Virus record (IMG/VR): IMGVR_UViG_3300033145_000568
Span: 1 to 61,649 of that record
DNA from: a virus
Lineage: Duplodnaviria; Caudoviricetes
DNA length: 61,649 bases
Reading direction: 5' to 3' (one strand)
Shown here: piece by piece, positions 28,202 through 38,404 of the stretch
How the letters are laid out: the number at the start of each line of letters is the position of its first letter
Position numbering within the stretch: the first letter of the stretch is position 1
Position numbers and translations under genes: made by a program
The notes under the pieces: model-generated
What the model was told of the DNA's origin: nothing
The model's input: the letters and a program-made list of their open reading frames with translations, nothing else
The model's database searches: none

Positions 28202-28563
28202 TATGTCGCCGCCTTCATTGCGCCCTTGACTCGCACAATTGGGCATTGGTATGTCTGCCCCATTTGCGAAACATCCTCCGCGCCCAGAATCAAATAGTTG
28301 TAGCCGGTTTCCACTTCTTGTGCGATATCATCTTCTTGTACCGTTATCTCAATCGGCATAATCAGTAGAAACTCCTCTACCAATGGACGAGACGACTTCT
28401 TGGTCTGAACCTCCACCCTCTTGCTTGCATCCCGGCGCGTTTTTCTGCACCAGATGTTCTCAAACAGCGGATGCGCTAATGCATAGCACTTCGTTTCCTC
28501 AAGAATTGCATTCCTGGATTTAACGGCTCGGTAGAAGGTGTATTGTCCATTTGCGCCAATCAT
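28201..28563 (-). CDS. Head closure protein
   Basis: Synteny and size. Confidence 0.6.
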   Translation of the reverse strand: MIGANGQYTFYRAVKSRNAILEETKCYALAHPLFENIWCRKTRRDASKRVEVQTKKSSRPLVEEFLLIMPIEITVQEDDIAQEVETGYNYLILGAEDVSQMGQTYQCPIVRVKGAMKAAT

Positions 28564-29189
28564 CTAACCGCCCTTAGAACCATCCCTTTATTGTTTAACT
28601 TTCGGTATTGATCGGCAAATGCCATTTCTTTATTGGCAAAGACCGAACGAATTTCGCCATCTCTGAATTGATCAACGTTTCCGTAAACGCGGTACTGCTG
28701 ATCGATGCGCAGCAGTATACGAGTAGCAATCTCAGCACAGACATCTGTAAAGACTGTTGGCAATGGCGTTGCTGCATCATCGTATCCACCCACATAGATC
28801 ACCGTGTACCGTTGCGGCGTTGTGTCATTGCGAGCTACCCGCCCAGTTGTTGCCGGGCGTGGAAGCTTGATGTACTTATCGTAGATCCAATATTCCCCAT
28901 CAGCCAAAGAGAGTTCTTCGCCCTCTTCATTGTCCGTGACCGAAATGACAGAGATGAGGGGGGGGTGTTTTACCTTCAGAATATACCGCCCCCCATCATA
29001 TGTTTCCGTCACCGTCGCTTGCTCAAATCCGCGAGATCGTCCGCAGACAGCAGCCATATCAGCAATCACTCGCTCAATTAGCGTCGTCACGTTGTAAGAG
29101 TAGTCGGTAGTCTTCCATACACCAGTTGGCTCTTCCGTCAACTCAATACGTGCCGCAATTCCTATCTCAGATTCAGTTGGCCACCCCAT
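28560..29189 (-). CDS. Head-tail adaptor
   Basis: TETYDGG..PLISVISV..VIYVGGY..LP pattern. Confidence 0.75.
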   Translation of the reverse strand: MGWPTESEIGIAARIELTEEPTGVWKTTDYSYNVTTLIERVIADMAAVCGRSRGFEQATVTETYDGGRYILKVKHPPLISVISVTDNEEGEELSLADGEYWIYDKYIKLPRPATTGRVARNDTTPQRYTVIYVGGYDDAATPLPTVFTDVCAEIATRILLRIDQQYRVYGNVDQFRDGEIRSVFANKEMAFADQYRKLNNKGMVLRAVR

Positions 29190-29198
29190 GCGAACCTC

Positions 29199-29816
29199 CT
29201 AGAGCGCTGCGCCCTTATAGATCTCCCAGTAAGTCCCTGTCGATGCCCCAACACCAGGCTCGGATACTGACGTTCCTGCCGCCACCTCTGCCTCTGCAAG
29301 TGCTGTGCCAAAGGCCAAGATGCACTTGAAGTAGTAGCCATCGTTTTGGACGATCTCATCAACAATATAGGTCTCTCCAAGATTCCACTTCTTGAAGATA
29401 GGGCGTTCCAATGCTCGGAAGCCGATGAACGTTACGCCATATTCCGTAGTTGTATCTCCGGCTGAATTGTAGTGAGAGACTCGGACATACCCGCCCTCAT
29501 ACAACTCATCAACTGCAAGGGGAAGCAGATTGTCTTCTCCTAGCCCAGCAGCATCTGTGATTTCGATATCGGCAGACGAGTAGCCAATTGGCGTCAAGTC
29601 ATGCCAATTAGTGCCGTCTGGCGAATGTTCGCACGTAATGTAGATCGTGCCGCCTGCTTCAATCGTCCCTGCAGCGACCAAGAATACCCCGCCACGACAC
29701 CCACAAGTTCTGTAGGCTGTTCCATTGGCTTCCGATGCCGCTCCTGCCACTACTGCAAAATCAAGCAGCGAAGTGGCATAAAACAAACTATTGAAATCGC
29801 GTGTCATTTCTGCCAT
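29199..29816 (-). CDS. Capsid decoration-like protein with C-terminal CBM5/12-like module
   Basis: Follows the MCP; EHSPDGTNW motif; WNLGETYIVDEIVQNDGYYFKC..EPG..YW. Confidence 0.6.
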   Translation of the reverse strand: MAEMTRDFNSLFYATSLLDFAVVAGAASEANGTAYRTCGCRGGVFLVAAGTIEAGGTIYITCEHSPDGTNWHDLTPIGYSSADIEITDAAGLGEDNLLPLAVDELYEGGYVRVSHYNSAGDTTTEYGVTFIGFRALERPIFKKWNLGETYIVDEIVQNDGYYFKCILAFGTALAEAEVAAGTSVSEPGVGASTGTYWEIYKGAAL

Positions 29817-29837
29817 CGTGATTCACCTCCTGCTTTT

Positions 29838-31220
29838 CTATGAAGTCGTCAGTCCGGTAAGGAACTGAATGTCTGCTTCGCGTCGGATACCGAAGTCAAT
29901 TTCCTTCGATGCCAACACCCCAACCTTGAATTGCAATGCGTAGAGCTCTTTCAGGATCGTGATTTCCGTCTGTCCACCATCGGCCAGCATGATCGTCTTG
30001 ACATCACCGACTAACATTGCCCGTGATTCATCTGATCCGACACCAAGGTCGCTACGAATCTTTGAAGATGTGTAGACAGGAAGCCCAAGGATGCGGTCAG
30101 CAGGCATATCAGTCAGATCCATAATGTACGAATATTCGGCTGTGCCGGTCTTCGACTTCTGGAAAAGGCTAAGATACTCTTCTGACATCACCCACGCACT
30201 CTGAGATACATCAACAACGCCATCGCGCTGTCGAATTACCTTCATCGCATCGAGCAGTGTGTCAAAATTAGGCACACCAATTGAGCCCGACGTGTATTTA
30301 GACATAGCGGGTTGCAGGAACAACCCAAGAGGCTGCTTGGATCCTGTTCCGCGCAATCCGACCTTCGTCTGTTCGAGGGCCATTGCCCTGACGATCTTTC
30401 TACGAACATCCTCTTCGACATTTCGTCTTGCGTGCTTGATCAAATTAAGACGAATCGGGACAACCGCCGCCATCGGATGAAGGGTCAGCGTGATATCGCC
30501 ATAGTCGATATCGGAGGCCGTAAGATCAGATGTTGGAGTATCCCCAGGCCAGTAAACGACTGGATCGCGCCCTTCCTTATCCCATTGCTGGAATTTTGGA
30601 GAATCAGGCAAATAATCAACACCCATTCGCATCCAGATTTCTTGACCGCGCAACTTCTCAACCATCTCAGTATTGACTTCTGTCGGAATGAAGAAACTAC
30701 CAGCAACTTCTGACCCAAGGTTGAGATCCTTGAGCTGGGCTTGCTTTTCCATGAGTGCCTTTTGTGCTACTTCGCTCATTGGCTCTCTGGAGCGAGCTCT
30801 TTGTTCCTTGAGAACTTCAATCTCCAAGCCTGCATCCGCAAGATACGGATAGTTGCTGCCAAGCGACAAGATACCGATCGCATGAGCAAGCGAGAAATCC
30901 TTCATCTCGCGCTTTGTTGCTTCATGGATGATTGCCGGTGTCTTTAGCTTCTTCTGTGGACCAATCCCATCCAATTCCAGATCAGCGGGAGCGGGGGTGG
31001 CCTGTGCAGGATCAACAGCCGCCATCACCGTTGGCTTCTTAACCTCAATAGTAACACCGTTGGCTTTCGCCCATGCTTCCATCTCTGCAGGAATAGCCGG
31101 ATCCTCATTCGGTGTTCCTACTTCTTTTGCTTTGTACTTTGCAAGAATACTCCGTGCGCCTTCGCGCAAGACCTCTTGGTCTTCAGGAGACATCTTGGTT
31201 AGATCTAGTTTGTCTACCAT
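29838..31220 (-). CDS. Major capsid protein (HK97 fold)
   Basis: AGSFFIPTEV, GTGSKQPLG, AWVMS, RILGLPVYTS, GDV motifs. Confidence 0.92.
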   Translation of the reverse strand: MVDKLDLTKMSPEDQEVLREGARSILAKYKAKEVGTPNEDPAIPAEMEAWAKANGVTIEVKKPTVMAAVDPAQATPAPADLELDGIGPQKKLKTPAIIHEATKREMKDFSLAHAIGILSLGSNYPYLADAGLEIEVLKEQRARSREPMSEVAQKALMEKQAQLKDLNLGSEVAGSFFIPTEVNTEMVEKLRGQEIWMRMGVDYLPDSPKFQQWDKEGRDPVVYWPGDTPTSDLTASDIDYGDITLTLHPMAAVVPIRLNLIKHARRNVEEDVRRKIVRAMALEQTKVGLRGTGSKQPLGLFLQPAMSKYTSGSIGVPNFDTLLDAMKVIRQRDGVVDVSQSAWVMSEEYLSLFQKSKTGTAEYSYIMDLTDMPADRILGLPVYTSSKIRSDLGVGSDESRAMLVGDVKTIMLADGGQTEITILKELYALQFKVGVLASKEIDFGIRREADIQFLTGLTTS

Positions 31221-31239
31221 TATGATTCACCTCTCTTTT

Positions 31240-32694
31240 TTATCCAAGTGCTTCCACAATCTGACCGCTGAGATCAATGACCTCCGCTTCCAGTTCATGA
31301 ATTCGATCCATCGTTGCTATCACCGTCGCGTCTTTCTCTGCAATAGCAACCTCCTGTGCTTTAACGAGTACTGCGATCAACTCAAATGCCTTATCGATCT
31401 CTATTATCCCAGCCACCGCAGCCAGACGAATAGCATCAACCGTCCATTCTTTCAATTCAGCTACATCTTCGGGGGCCACACCAAAGTCATCTACAAGGTG
31501 TTTCTTCACATGCGCATAGACACCGCCCCGATCATCATCCGGTATATTTGTGCCACCTCTCCCGCCATTCAGCACACCGATAACCGCCGAACAAGCACGT
31601 TTGTTGACAGCCTTATTCGATTGATGGTGATGTGCAAATTTATAGTCTCCCTTGTTCTCACCATCGCCATCCTCAACCCATGCACACATAACCTTGAGAT
31701 CATCAACATCAGCGGCTGCTCGCTCTTTGCCGTTATCCCACGAAGCATCAGGATCAGCTTTCGGTGTACCATCGGGATGCGCACGCGAATAAGAAATGGC
31801 ACCCTTGTAGTCTTCTGTGGGCCTAGGATCAGCAATATCACTTACCTCGCAAGTCATCGATACTTTCGCTTCATCGCCATCTTTCAATGCTTGTGCAACG
31901 CCTTCCCGCACGGCCTGCTGTAGTTCCTTTGCACCTGCAAGATGAATGCTAACAGGCACCTGGACGGGCGCACCATTATGCTCAATCTCCTCGAACCACT
32001 TTTGCAGAATAGGGGATGATCCTTCATAGACTCGTTCAGCGTAGGACCGGAAAAGCGATTTCAATCCATCCGTGCGCATGGCTTCACGATTAGAAGGCAA
32101 AGACACAGGGCTGTGTTCAAGCATTTCCCATTCCTTAATCTCCCATCCACCCCAAAAGTCGTCACCGTCAATGGGGGCCCACTTATCAATCAAGAATCCT
32201 ACGGAGGTACAATTGAGTACGTGTTTTGCCCACATCTCGTAGTAGTCTTTTCCTTCTGACTGCTCAACATCAGTAAGCCACTGCCAACGCGCCCACGAAA
32301 AGCCCTCATACTGGCGAAGTAACTCAGTAAACCCTACAGGGATCGTGTGTTCATGTAACCCAAATACAGTAGGATTCTTCGTATAATTCTCAGTGATAAT
32401 CAATCCCTGCTGGCTCATGATGTCACCATCACGATCTGGCATTGAGGATGAAATCACGGACTCCGCCTTTGGTCGCCCCGCGAGCAGAACCCCGCCCTGT
32501 TCGCCCACATGAAACTCTCTCTGTGGGTCGCCAACAGAATCCGGTAATGCCCGTTCATGCAAGGCATACTTGTACATGCTGACAAGATTCCCTTCCTTCA
32601 ATAGATCCCTGATCTGACCACGATCGAGGACAACATGACGATCGCCCTCGCCTTTTACCGCGACCTCGGTTGCTATCAAAGCCTTCCTAGCCAT
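31240..32694 (-). CDS. Prohead protease with extra C-terminal domain
   Basis: DRDGDIM..NPTVFGLHEH..PVG; TSVGF; EHSPVSLPSNREA. Confidence 0.88.
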   Translation of the reverse strand: MARKALIATEVAVKGEGDRHVVLDRGQIRDLLKEGNLVSMYKYALHERALPDSVGDPQREFHVGEQGGVLLAGRPKAESVISSSMPDRDGDIMSQQGLIITENYTKNPTVFGLHEHTIPVGFTELLRQYEGFSWARWQWLTDVEQSEGKDYYEMWAKHVLNCTSVGFLIDKWAPIDGDDFWGGWEIKEWEMLEHSPVSLPSNREAMRTDGLKSLFRSYAERVYEGSSPILQKWFEEIEHNGAPVQVPVSIHLAGAKELQQAVREGVAQALKDGDEAKVSMTCEVSDIADPRPTEDYKGAISYSRAHPDGTPKADPDASWDNGKERAAADVDDLKVMCAWVEDGDGENKGDYKFAHHHQSNKAVNKRACSAVIGVLNGGRGGTNIPDDDRGGVYAHVKKHLVDDFGVAPEDVAELKEWTVDAIRLAAVAGIIEIDKAFELIAVLVKAQEVAIAEKDATVIATMDRIHELEAEVIDLSGQIVEALG

Positions 32695-32845
32695 TGTTCT
32701 TCCCCTTCCTTGGGTTTGGCATTTTTCTGGCCCTCCCCTTTTTGATGATAGCCCTGCCTATAGGCACTGTTCTGATGTTACAGCGCGGGCAATACAGCGC
32801 TGTACCGGCATACACTACACCACAGGCAGGGCATATTCGCTTCAT
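32687..32845 (-). CDS. Small zinc-ribbon protein, 52 aa (not in ORF track)
   Basis: MKRICPACG..YCPRC with a basic tail. Confidence 0.55.
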   Translation of the reverse strand: MKRICPACGVVYAGTALYCPRCNIRTVPIGRAIIKKGRARKMPNPRKGKNNG

Positions 32846-32846
32846 A

Positions 32847-33194
32847 CTACTTCCCCTTATCAAAATCCTTCTCTACGAAGATCGAGTAGATCGCAAGATG
32901 AGCCTCACGGAGCTTCCCTTTATCGCTGAGCTTCTTCAGTTCTACACGCACGATATCAAAAACGGTTTCCGTTATCTCAAACGCCCGTGGTGCGAGCTCC
33001 TTATCCTTCGGCCACTGTGGTTGTCCTTGAGCGTTGATGATCATCCCAACTTCTTCCTGTTCCGTCGCAGTTGGCAACAGTGCTGCCCGTAACGGCTTCA
33101 TCGCCTTGAGTTCAAGGACGTGTGCCTCGTTTGGCAACAGCGAATGCAGCGCGAATCTGTCATTCAATCCCAACTTCACTTTCATAACTTTCAT
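32847..33194 (-). CDS. Hypothetical protein
   Basis: AAGGAG RBS. Confidence 0.7.
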   Translation of the reverse strand: MKVMKVKLGLNDRFALHSLLPNEAHVLELKAMKPLRAALLPTATEQEEVGMIINAQGQPQWPKDKELAPRAFEITETVFDIVRVELKKLSDKGKLREAHLAIYSIFVEKDFDKGK

Positions 33195-33281
33195 GCTTTG
33201 CTCCTTTTGTTGCTTTGTTTTGTGCGGCCCTATGCCGCATATTAGATCAAGGGCGAGGCGGTTAAGCCCCGCCCCAATAAT

Positions 33282-35453
33282 CTAGCCCTTGATATCGAGC
33301 AACAGGGCTAGTCCATCTAATTCTGCATGGATATCCGAGCTGGCGCTTTCAACAACGTTTGTCGTGATGACGATATTCAGAATGTCACCAGCGACCAAGC
33401 CAGATCCAGTCACAACAAAGTCTGTGGTCTGCCAGGCCGATGCACCTGCATAAGTTACAGCGGTAGTCGTACATAGATCGGCCCCAACTGCACCATTGCC
33501 GTCCTGCTCAAAGACTTCAACATCCAGCGTTGATCCGTTGTCTGTTCCAGCCCCAAGTACCATACGGTTCTTGATGCGAACCGTTACATCGCCACCAGAT
33601 ACATACTCAGGAGGCAACACAAACTGGAATGCGCCTTCGCTGGTTTCAGTTTCATTATTGGCGATCTCGCCCTGAATCAGCCAAACATCAGAAGTAATGT
33701 CAAGGTTGAATGTGCCAGCACTCTCAGATGCAGACAGCGGGATTCCAGTAACTTGCTTCACAGCAGTTGCCGGAAGACCATAGACAGCTAAAGCTTCCTC
33801 TGTCAGATCAGCACGAGTAAGCGTTCCAGCTACGGCCTGTGCGCTTGTTAGCAACACGATATTCGCACTTCCGCCAGCATCAGGCATGGTATACGTGCGA
33901 GCGCCAGCTTGTGCAGCTATATTGATGTTCGTAGTAGTGTCGCCGACATTGTCAGTCATGGTATACGTTGTAATGCCGCTGACAGTTGTAGTTGGGAACA
34001 AAGTAAACGTTCCAGCTACAGCATCAGCACCAACAGTCAACAACCCACTGGCGACAAGAAGCTGTGCGGCACCGCTAAAGATCAAATCGTCTTCACTTCG
34101 ATCCCACGTGACATATGCACCGCTGGTATCACCGTAGAACACAACATCAATACCTTTGCTGCCACCAGTTGCTCCAAACGTCAATTGCCCGTTGGTATCG
34201 CCGCTCGGATCCCAAAAAACACCACAACCAGTTATGTCGCCGTACAGGTTGAACATCAGGCCCTTGCTGTCTGCACCAACATACATTGCTCCATTGGTAT
34301 CGCCATCAGCATCAAATGTAATAACATATGCTGCCGTAGTTCCGTACCACAGAAAGTCACCAGCAGTGGTTCCAGACACACCAAGTTGCAACGCGGCCGT
34401 AGAGCCCAGGCCCGTGACTTTAATCCCCGTGGCACATGCCCCGCTGATGAGAAGCCCAGTCGTTGGCGCATCGGCAATCTCGATTCCTGCTACGGTTGCA
34501 CTATCGATGTAGAGTCCATATTCCCAATCGATCCGTGCCGTCGAGTCTGACCAGTTGGTCGTGTCGTAGGTTGTGACCAACAGGCCAGCCGTCTTCCCGG
34601 TCGCCGTCAGATCGCCAGTGATCTTTGAAATCGCCGCGAACCCTGCCAGCACATGATTGGTGTCGATCGTGACAACGCCGTCATTCTCAACACACGCAAT
34701 AGATCCAGCAGAGATTCCGTAGTCTGTTAGTGTAACCGTCTCTGAGTCTCTCGCGATTTCCAAGTATCCATAGACACCGGATACCTGTTCATTGCCCCAG
34801 ATGCCGTCATAGGACTTTATGTGCCCCATCGCACCTGAGAAGCGAACATCGTTAGCCGAGTGATCTACGGTTACCAGGAATCGACTGAGGAGCCCCCTGG
34901 TGTCACCCACAGCACCTGCGTGTACAATCGCTGCGCCCGCATCATCACTGTAGACACGGAAGTTACCGCTCTCGGTTGTTGACAGCGGGATACCGCTTCC
35001 CTGCGTGGTGCTGTTGAATGCACCAATATGTACCATGTCCAAGAACTCGATGTAGGTAGCTACTCCACCACATGAAAGCGATGGAATATCGTCTGCACTG
35101 AAACCAAGCATCACCCAACTGTCTTTGTCCAGATCAACAACTGCAAGATTCGTCTCCGTGTAACCGTCGAAGAAGCCCAAGTCCACAGCCCCAATTGCTT
35201 GGCCAAGGACCATCAAAGGTACTTCTTCACTATCTCCTGCTGGTAGATCGACCACTAATACTTCTGCGTTTGCATCTGCGGTTGACCAATTCAATTGAGC
35301 GTCGCCGATCGAAAGATCGTCAACCGCCTCCACCTTAAATCCAGCAAGGGTCTCCAATACGCCAGCATCGGTCACTCCCATGATACAGGTCTGGCAATCG
35401 CTGGCGAGCCAATAAACTCTATAGTCACTAGCTGTAAGCGCCATTTCTTTCAC
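33282..35453 (-). CDS. Large Gly/Thr-rich virion protein (possible head fibre)
   Basis: Internal GDTNG..SKG..YGD repeats; lies between portal and protease. Confidence 0.6.
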   Translation of the reverse strand: MKEMALTASDYRVYWLASDCQTCIMGVTDAGVLETLAGFKVEAVDDLSIGDAQLNWSTADANAEVLVVDLPAGDSEEVPLMVLGQAIGAVDLGFFDGYTETNLAVVDLDKDSWVMLGFSADDIPSLSCGGVATYIEFLDMVHIGAFNSTTQGSGIPLSTTESGNFRVYSDDAGAAIVHAGAVGDTRGLLSRFLVTVDHSANDVRFSGAMGHIKSYDGIWGNEQVSGVYGYLEIARDSETVTLTDYGISAGSIACVENDGVVTIDTNHVLAGFAAISKITGDLTATGKTAGLLVTTYDTTNWSDSTARIDWEYGLYIDSATVAGIEIADAPTTGLLISGACATGIKVTGLGSTAALQLGVSGTTAGDFLWYGTTAAYVITFDADGDTNGAMYVGADSKGLMFNLYGDITGCGVFWDPSGDTNGQLTFGATGGSKGIDVVFYGDTSGAYVTWDRSEDDLIFSGAAQLLVASGLLTVGADAVAGTFTLFPTTTVSGITTYTMTDNVGDTTTNINIAAQAGARTYTMPDAGGSANIVLLTSAQAVAGTLTRADLTEEALAVYGLPATAVKQVTGIPLSASESAGTFNLDITSDVWLIQGEIANNETETSEGAFQFVLPPEYVSGGDVTVRIKNRMVLGAGTDNGSTLDVEVFEQDGNGAVGADLCTTTAVTYAGASAWQTTDFVVTGSGLVAGDILNIVITTNVVESASSDIHAELDGLALLLDIKG

Positions 35454-35485
35454 CTCTCTTTTATAGTTTTCCCTTTATTGCTTTT

Positions 35486-35695
35486 TTACAGCAATAACCC
35501 AATCTTTTCTGGCAATTTAGCTTGCTTCTCCAAATGCTCTGCTCTATACTCTGCTCTACGCTGTCGATAAGCAGAATCAAGGTGATACTTAACCGTTTTG
35601 CCGCTTACCGCCAAAGCCGCGCCTATCTCTCTGTAAAACATCCCTTCATCCCTCATCTTCTGTGCCTGTGCAATTTTCTCTGCCGTCATCTTCAT
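35486..35695 (-). CDS. HTH protein, possible homing-endonuclease remnant
   Basis: GMFYREIGAALAVSGKTVKYHL followed by a RAEYRAEH-type linker; no nuclease domain. Confidence 0.5.
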   Translation of the reverse strand: MKMTAEKIAQAQKMRDEGMFYREIGAALAVSGKTVKYHLDSAYRQRRAEYRAEHLEKQAKLPEKIGLLL

Positions 35696-37083
35696 TGTTC
35701 GTCACCACCAAGTAACTGACTCTCGCTTGATACCTCTGAGGGCACTGGGGCATGACCGATGATTACATCGCCTTTAGGCGACCATATTGCATTCATATCC
35801 ACATCAGGACTAATTGGCAGATTCCACAGAAACGCCCTCATTTCATTAAAACTCCAGCCCTGATTTCTAACACGGGCACCAACTTTTGCCATTTCCAACA
35901 CATCGCCCTTCAATGCCTCGATAGCTCCCAGATCGAATGCAAGCCGTAGTCCGCTCCCCGATTCCAGCAACGCCATATTCAACATGTCTTCGATCAAATC
36001 GCATCTAGGGAGAACAGCATTCTCGTAGTAAAGCCTGTACATAATCTCTGAGCTTGCGCGATTTGCATCATGATAATCTCCGGCCACAATAGGAGGCACT
36101 CCATAGGCACCCAAGATCTCCTCTTTTGTATACCTTCGCAGCTTTGGGAAATCCATATCGCGGTGAGAAGATCCTACATCTTCCCACTTCATGCCTTGCC
36201 CCATAACGGCCGGACGATGCCAGTTCTCCTCTCCCAAATGAGCATCTTCCCACGTTGCGAGGATCGTGTCGATATCGCCTTCAAGCAATCGCTGCTCCGA
36301 CACAAGCATTCCACCAGGGACTGCCCCTCGCTCGAAGAAAAGATAATTCCAGTTGATTGCCTTTAGGTCACCGGCTATAAGCACTCGCAACACCTGAGTC
36401 GGGGAATAGCCATAGAATGGACTCTCGGGATTGAACGATCGCATATAGATCATGTCCTCTGGCTTGAAGACAATGACCCCTGTAGGGCCAACCCACACAT
36501 AGCCATCGATCAACCGTTCTTTCCCAGCGACAACCATCATCTTACGCGGATCAATCAATGGCCAAAGCCCGGCTAATTTGGTTGGATCGTCCTTTGAATA
36601 CAGCTTCTCAATATAGGCCATGCCTGTCAGTTCCATGTAGGAAACAATCGCTGCTTTCAGCATATGGCCTGTTAATTGTGATGCTGCCGAGGGGCTTTCC
36701 AACACATCCAAAAGATCGTGATGCCGGATGACCTTACCGCCCTCGATTGAGGCCCATTTGTCTACTACCCCAGCGTACGTCTTTGACTGCGAGGATTGAT
36801 AGAAACTGCGCGCGCTCCTGAATTTGTTCTTTGCCGGATCATTCTCCATTTCGACAAGAACAAATGGAATATCTGCCACGGATTTAGCAAGGCGCTCTAT
36901 GGCCGTGAACACAGCAGGACATTCCTTGAATGCAGCGAAGATGGTTTGCAGCTCAGGGGGTATAGAGATGCGCCCTGAATTGTAGTTGGGCCTAACTGCT
37001 GGCAACAAACGGCTACCGATCTCTTCTTCCTTGATGATCGGTTTCCCCATTGCTCTATCCAGTGTCGCCAGTAGCCCCATCAA
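35692..37083 (-). CDS. Portal protein (HK97 family)
   Basis: AVFTAIERLA, GMAYIEK, YGYSP, FERGAVPGG, AYGVPP. Confidence 0.93.
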   Translation of the reverse strand: MMGLLATLDRAMGKPIIKEEEIGSRLLPAVRPNYNSGRISIPPELQTIFAAFKECPAVFTAIERLAKSVADIPFVLVEMENDPAKNKFRSARSFYQSSQSKTYAGVVDKWASIEGGKVIRHHDLLDVLESPSAASQLTGHMLKAAIVSYMELTGMAYIEKLYSKDDPTKLAGLWPLIDPRKMMVVAGKERLIDGYVWVGPTGVIVFKPEDMIYMRSFNPESPFYGYSPTQVLRVLIAGDLKAINWNYLFFERGAVPGGMLVSEQRLLEGDIDTILATWEDAHLGEENWHRPAVMGQGMKWEDVGSSHRDMDFPKLRRYTKEEILGAYGVPPIVAGDYHDANRASSEIMYRLYYENAVLPRCDLIEDMLNMALLESGSGLRLAFDLGAIEALKGDVLEMAKVGARVRNQGWSFNEMRAFLWNLPISPDVDMNAIWSPKGDVIIGHAPVPSEVSSESQLLGGDEQ

Positions 37084-37513
37084 GCGCCTCCTCTACTTGC
37101 GTTGATGCCTTAACCTCTTCTTTCTCAACGACTGCCTTGAATCCTGATCCACCACAAAGTTCACAATCCGTCCAACATCGTGCCATTGCATTGCATTCAC
37201 ACTTCTCTACGAACCCATTTGCTTGCAAGAGCGTCCAGAAAGAATCGATTGCATTGTAGTGAACCCTCATCGTTTCTTGCTTAAACCGTTTGTACCCTGG
37301 GTTTTCTCGATCCCCGCCATAGATCATTTCTCCACGTTCAAGCATGTCCTTCATGAGATCTATCTGCTCATGAAATATCTGCCGCAGCAACTCCCCTGTC
37401 ATCATGTTCACCGATCCTTTTTTCATTTGGTTTTCTTCAGCATCTCGATCAACTTTGCGCCCTGCTTCTTCAACCATCCTAAGATCGCTGCCAGCAGCAT
37501 CTTCCTGATCCAT
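37055..37513 (-). CDS. Hypothetical protein with Cys cluster (start uncertain)
   Basis: CEC..C..CELCGGSG. Confidence 0.6.
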   Translation of the reverse strand: MDQEDAAGSDLRMVEEAGRKVDRDAEENQMKKGSVNMMTGELLRQIFHEQIDLMKDMLERGEMIYGGDRENPGYKRFKQETMRVHYNAIDSFWTLLQANGFVEKCECNAMARCWTDCELCGGSGFKAVVEKEEVKASTQVEEALDGATGDTG

Positions 37514-37587
37514 GCTGCTATTGGCCCCCTTTTGCCTCTCTTCATTGCTGCCTTCCTATCCTCTATTGCTCAATTTCAGATAGAGCA

Positions 37588-38295
37588 CTATGCATTTTCG
37601 TAGAAACCATTGAGTTCTGCACTAATTGCACCACTGCCTGTGGCAAGGAAAAAGATATCAGACTTAGCCGCACATTCAAGAGGAGTAATATAAGATATTG
37701 TTTCACCATTGAAATATACATTCAGCGTACGCCGAACTTCAGCCACTTTTCCAAAAGATCGGTACATAAGCCGAACTTCAGAAGCTGCTGCCGCTGCAAT
37801 GTATGCACTTACCTGAATGATTCTCCCGGTTTTCCCCGCAGGAACACTCTGCCGGCAGGCCATTGACCTCTCAAAGCCAATAGGCACTTTAAGTTGAACC
37901 TTGGCTTGTGTCTGAGGCACACCAGTAACTACAGTGTCATCGAGATAGCAATAGAGATCACCAACCGCCGGGACTGCACTAACATTGTGCATTGAGAATA
38001 CTCGGATCCATGTCTTTCCAGATCCCACCTCTGTTTCTGTTTGCCCGTTAAGAGTTTGGACAACTGTCTGTGGATTCCAATCTGCATCAAGCCCCTTAAC
38101 TTCCACATCAAACGTGTCGCTTCCGCTTGAACTTGATATCTTGAGGGCTGCTGCCGTTGCGATCTCAGTATGCCGTGCCCCAAAAGACCAAATATCTTCA
38201 AGCGTTCCCGCCACCGCAGGATTTTGTCCAAAAGCACGCCATTTCCTTGCCCCAGCATCGAGAACATTATGAACAGCCAGCAGATGAATCGACAT
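37588..38295 (-). CDS. Conserved phage protein, first gene of the late operon
   Basis: Beta-rich; FGQNPAV..EDIW; GLDADWN motif; strong RBS. Confidence 0.65.
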   Translation of the reverse strand: MSIHLLAVHNVLDAGARKWRAFGQNPAVAGTLEDIWSFGARHTEIATAAALKISSSSGSDTFDVEVKGLDADWNPQTVVQTLNGQTETEVGSGKTWIRVFSMHNVSAVPAVGDLYCYLDDTVVTGVPQTQAKVQLKVPIGFERSMACRQSVPAGKTGRIIQVSAYIAAAAASEVRLMYRSFGKVAEVRRTLNVYFNGETISYITPLECAAKSDIFFLATGSGAISAELNGFYENA

Positions 38296-38313
38296 AAACC
38301 CTCCTCACAACAT

Positions 38314-38351
38314 AAAAAGCCCCCAGCGGGGGATTCCCCGACAGGAGCTTT
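38314..38351 (-). terminator. Intrinsic terminator/attenuator in the late-operon leader
   Basis: AAAGCTCCTGTCGGGG-AATC-CCCCGCTGGGGGCTTTTT. Confidence 0.65.
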
Positions 38352-38370
38352 CGTATTTCGCTCTGCGGCT

Positions 38371-38399
38371 ACTTTAGCGACTTCCGTCTACAATGTCAA
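38371..38399 (-). promoter_or_regulatory. Sigma70-type promoter upstream of the structural operon
   Basis: TTGACA-17 bp-TAAAGT. Confidence 0.65.
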
Positions 38400-38404
38400 G
38401 CCCT

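Noticed and set aside
20191-34550. Long plus-strand ORFs (20191..21024, 30928..31923, 33909..34550 and others)
   Set aside because: Antisense shadows of well-supported structural genes, with no RBS or motifs
9460-35453. Second DGR target elsewhere in the structural genes
   Set aside because: No other TR-like segment found by eye; a BLASTn of the TR against the genome would settle it
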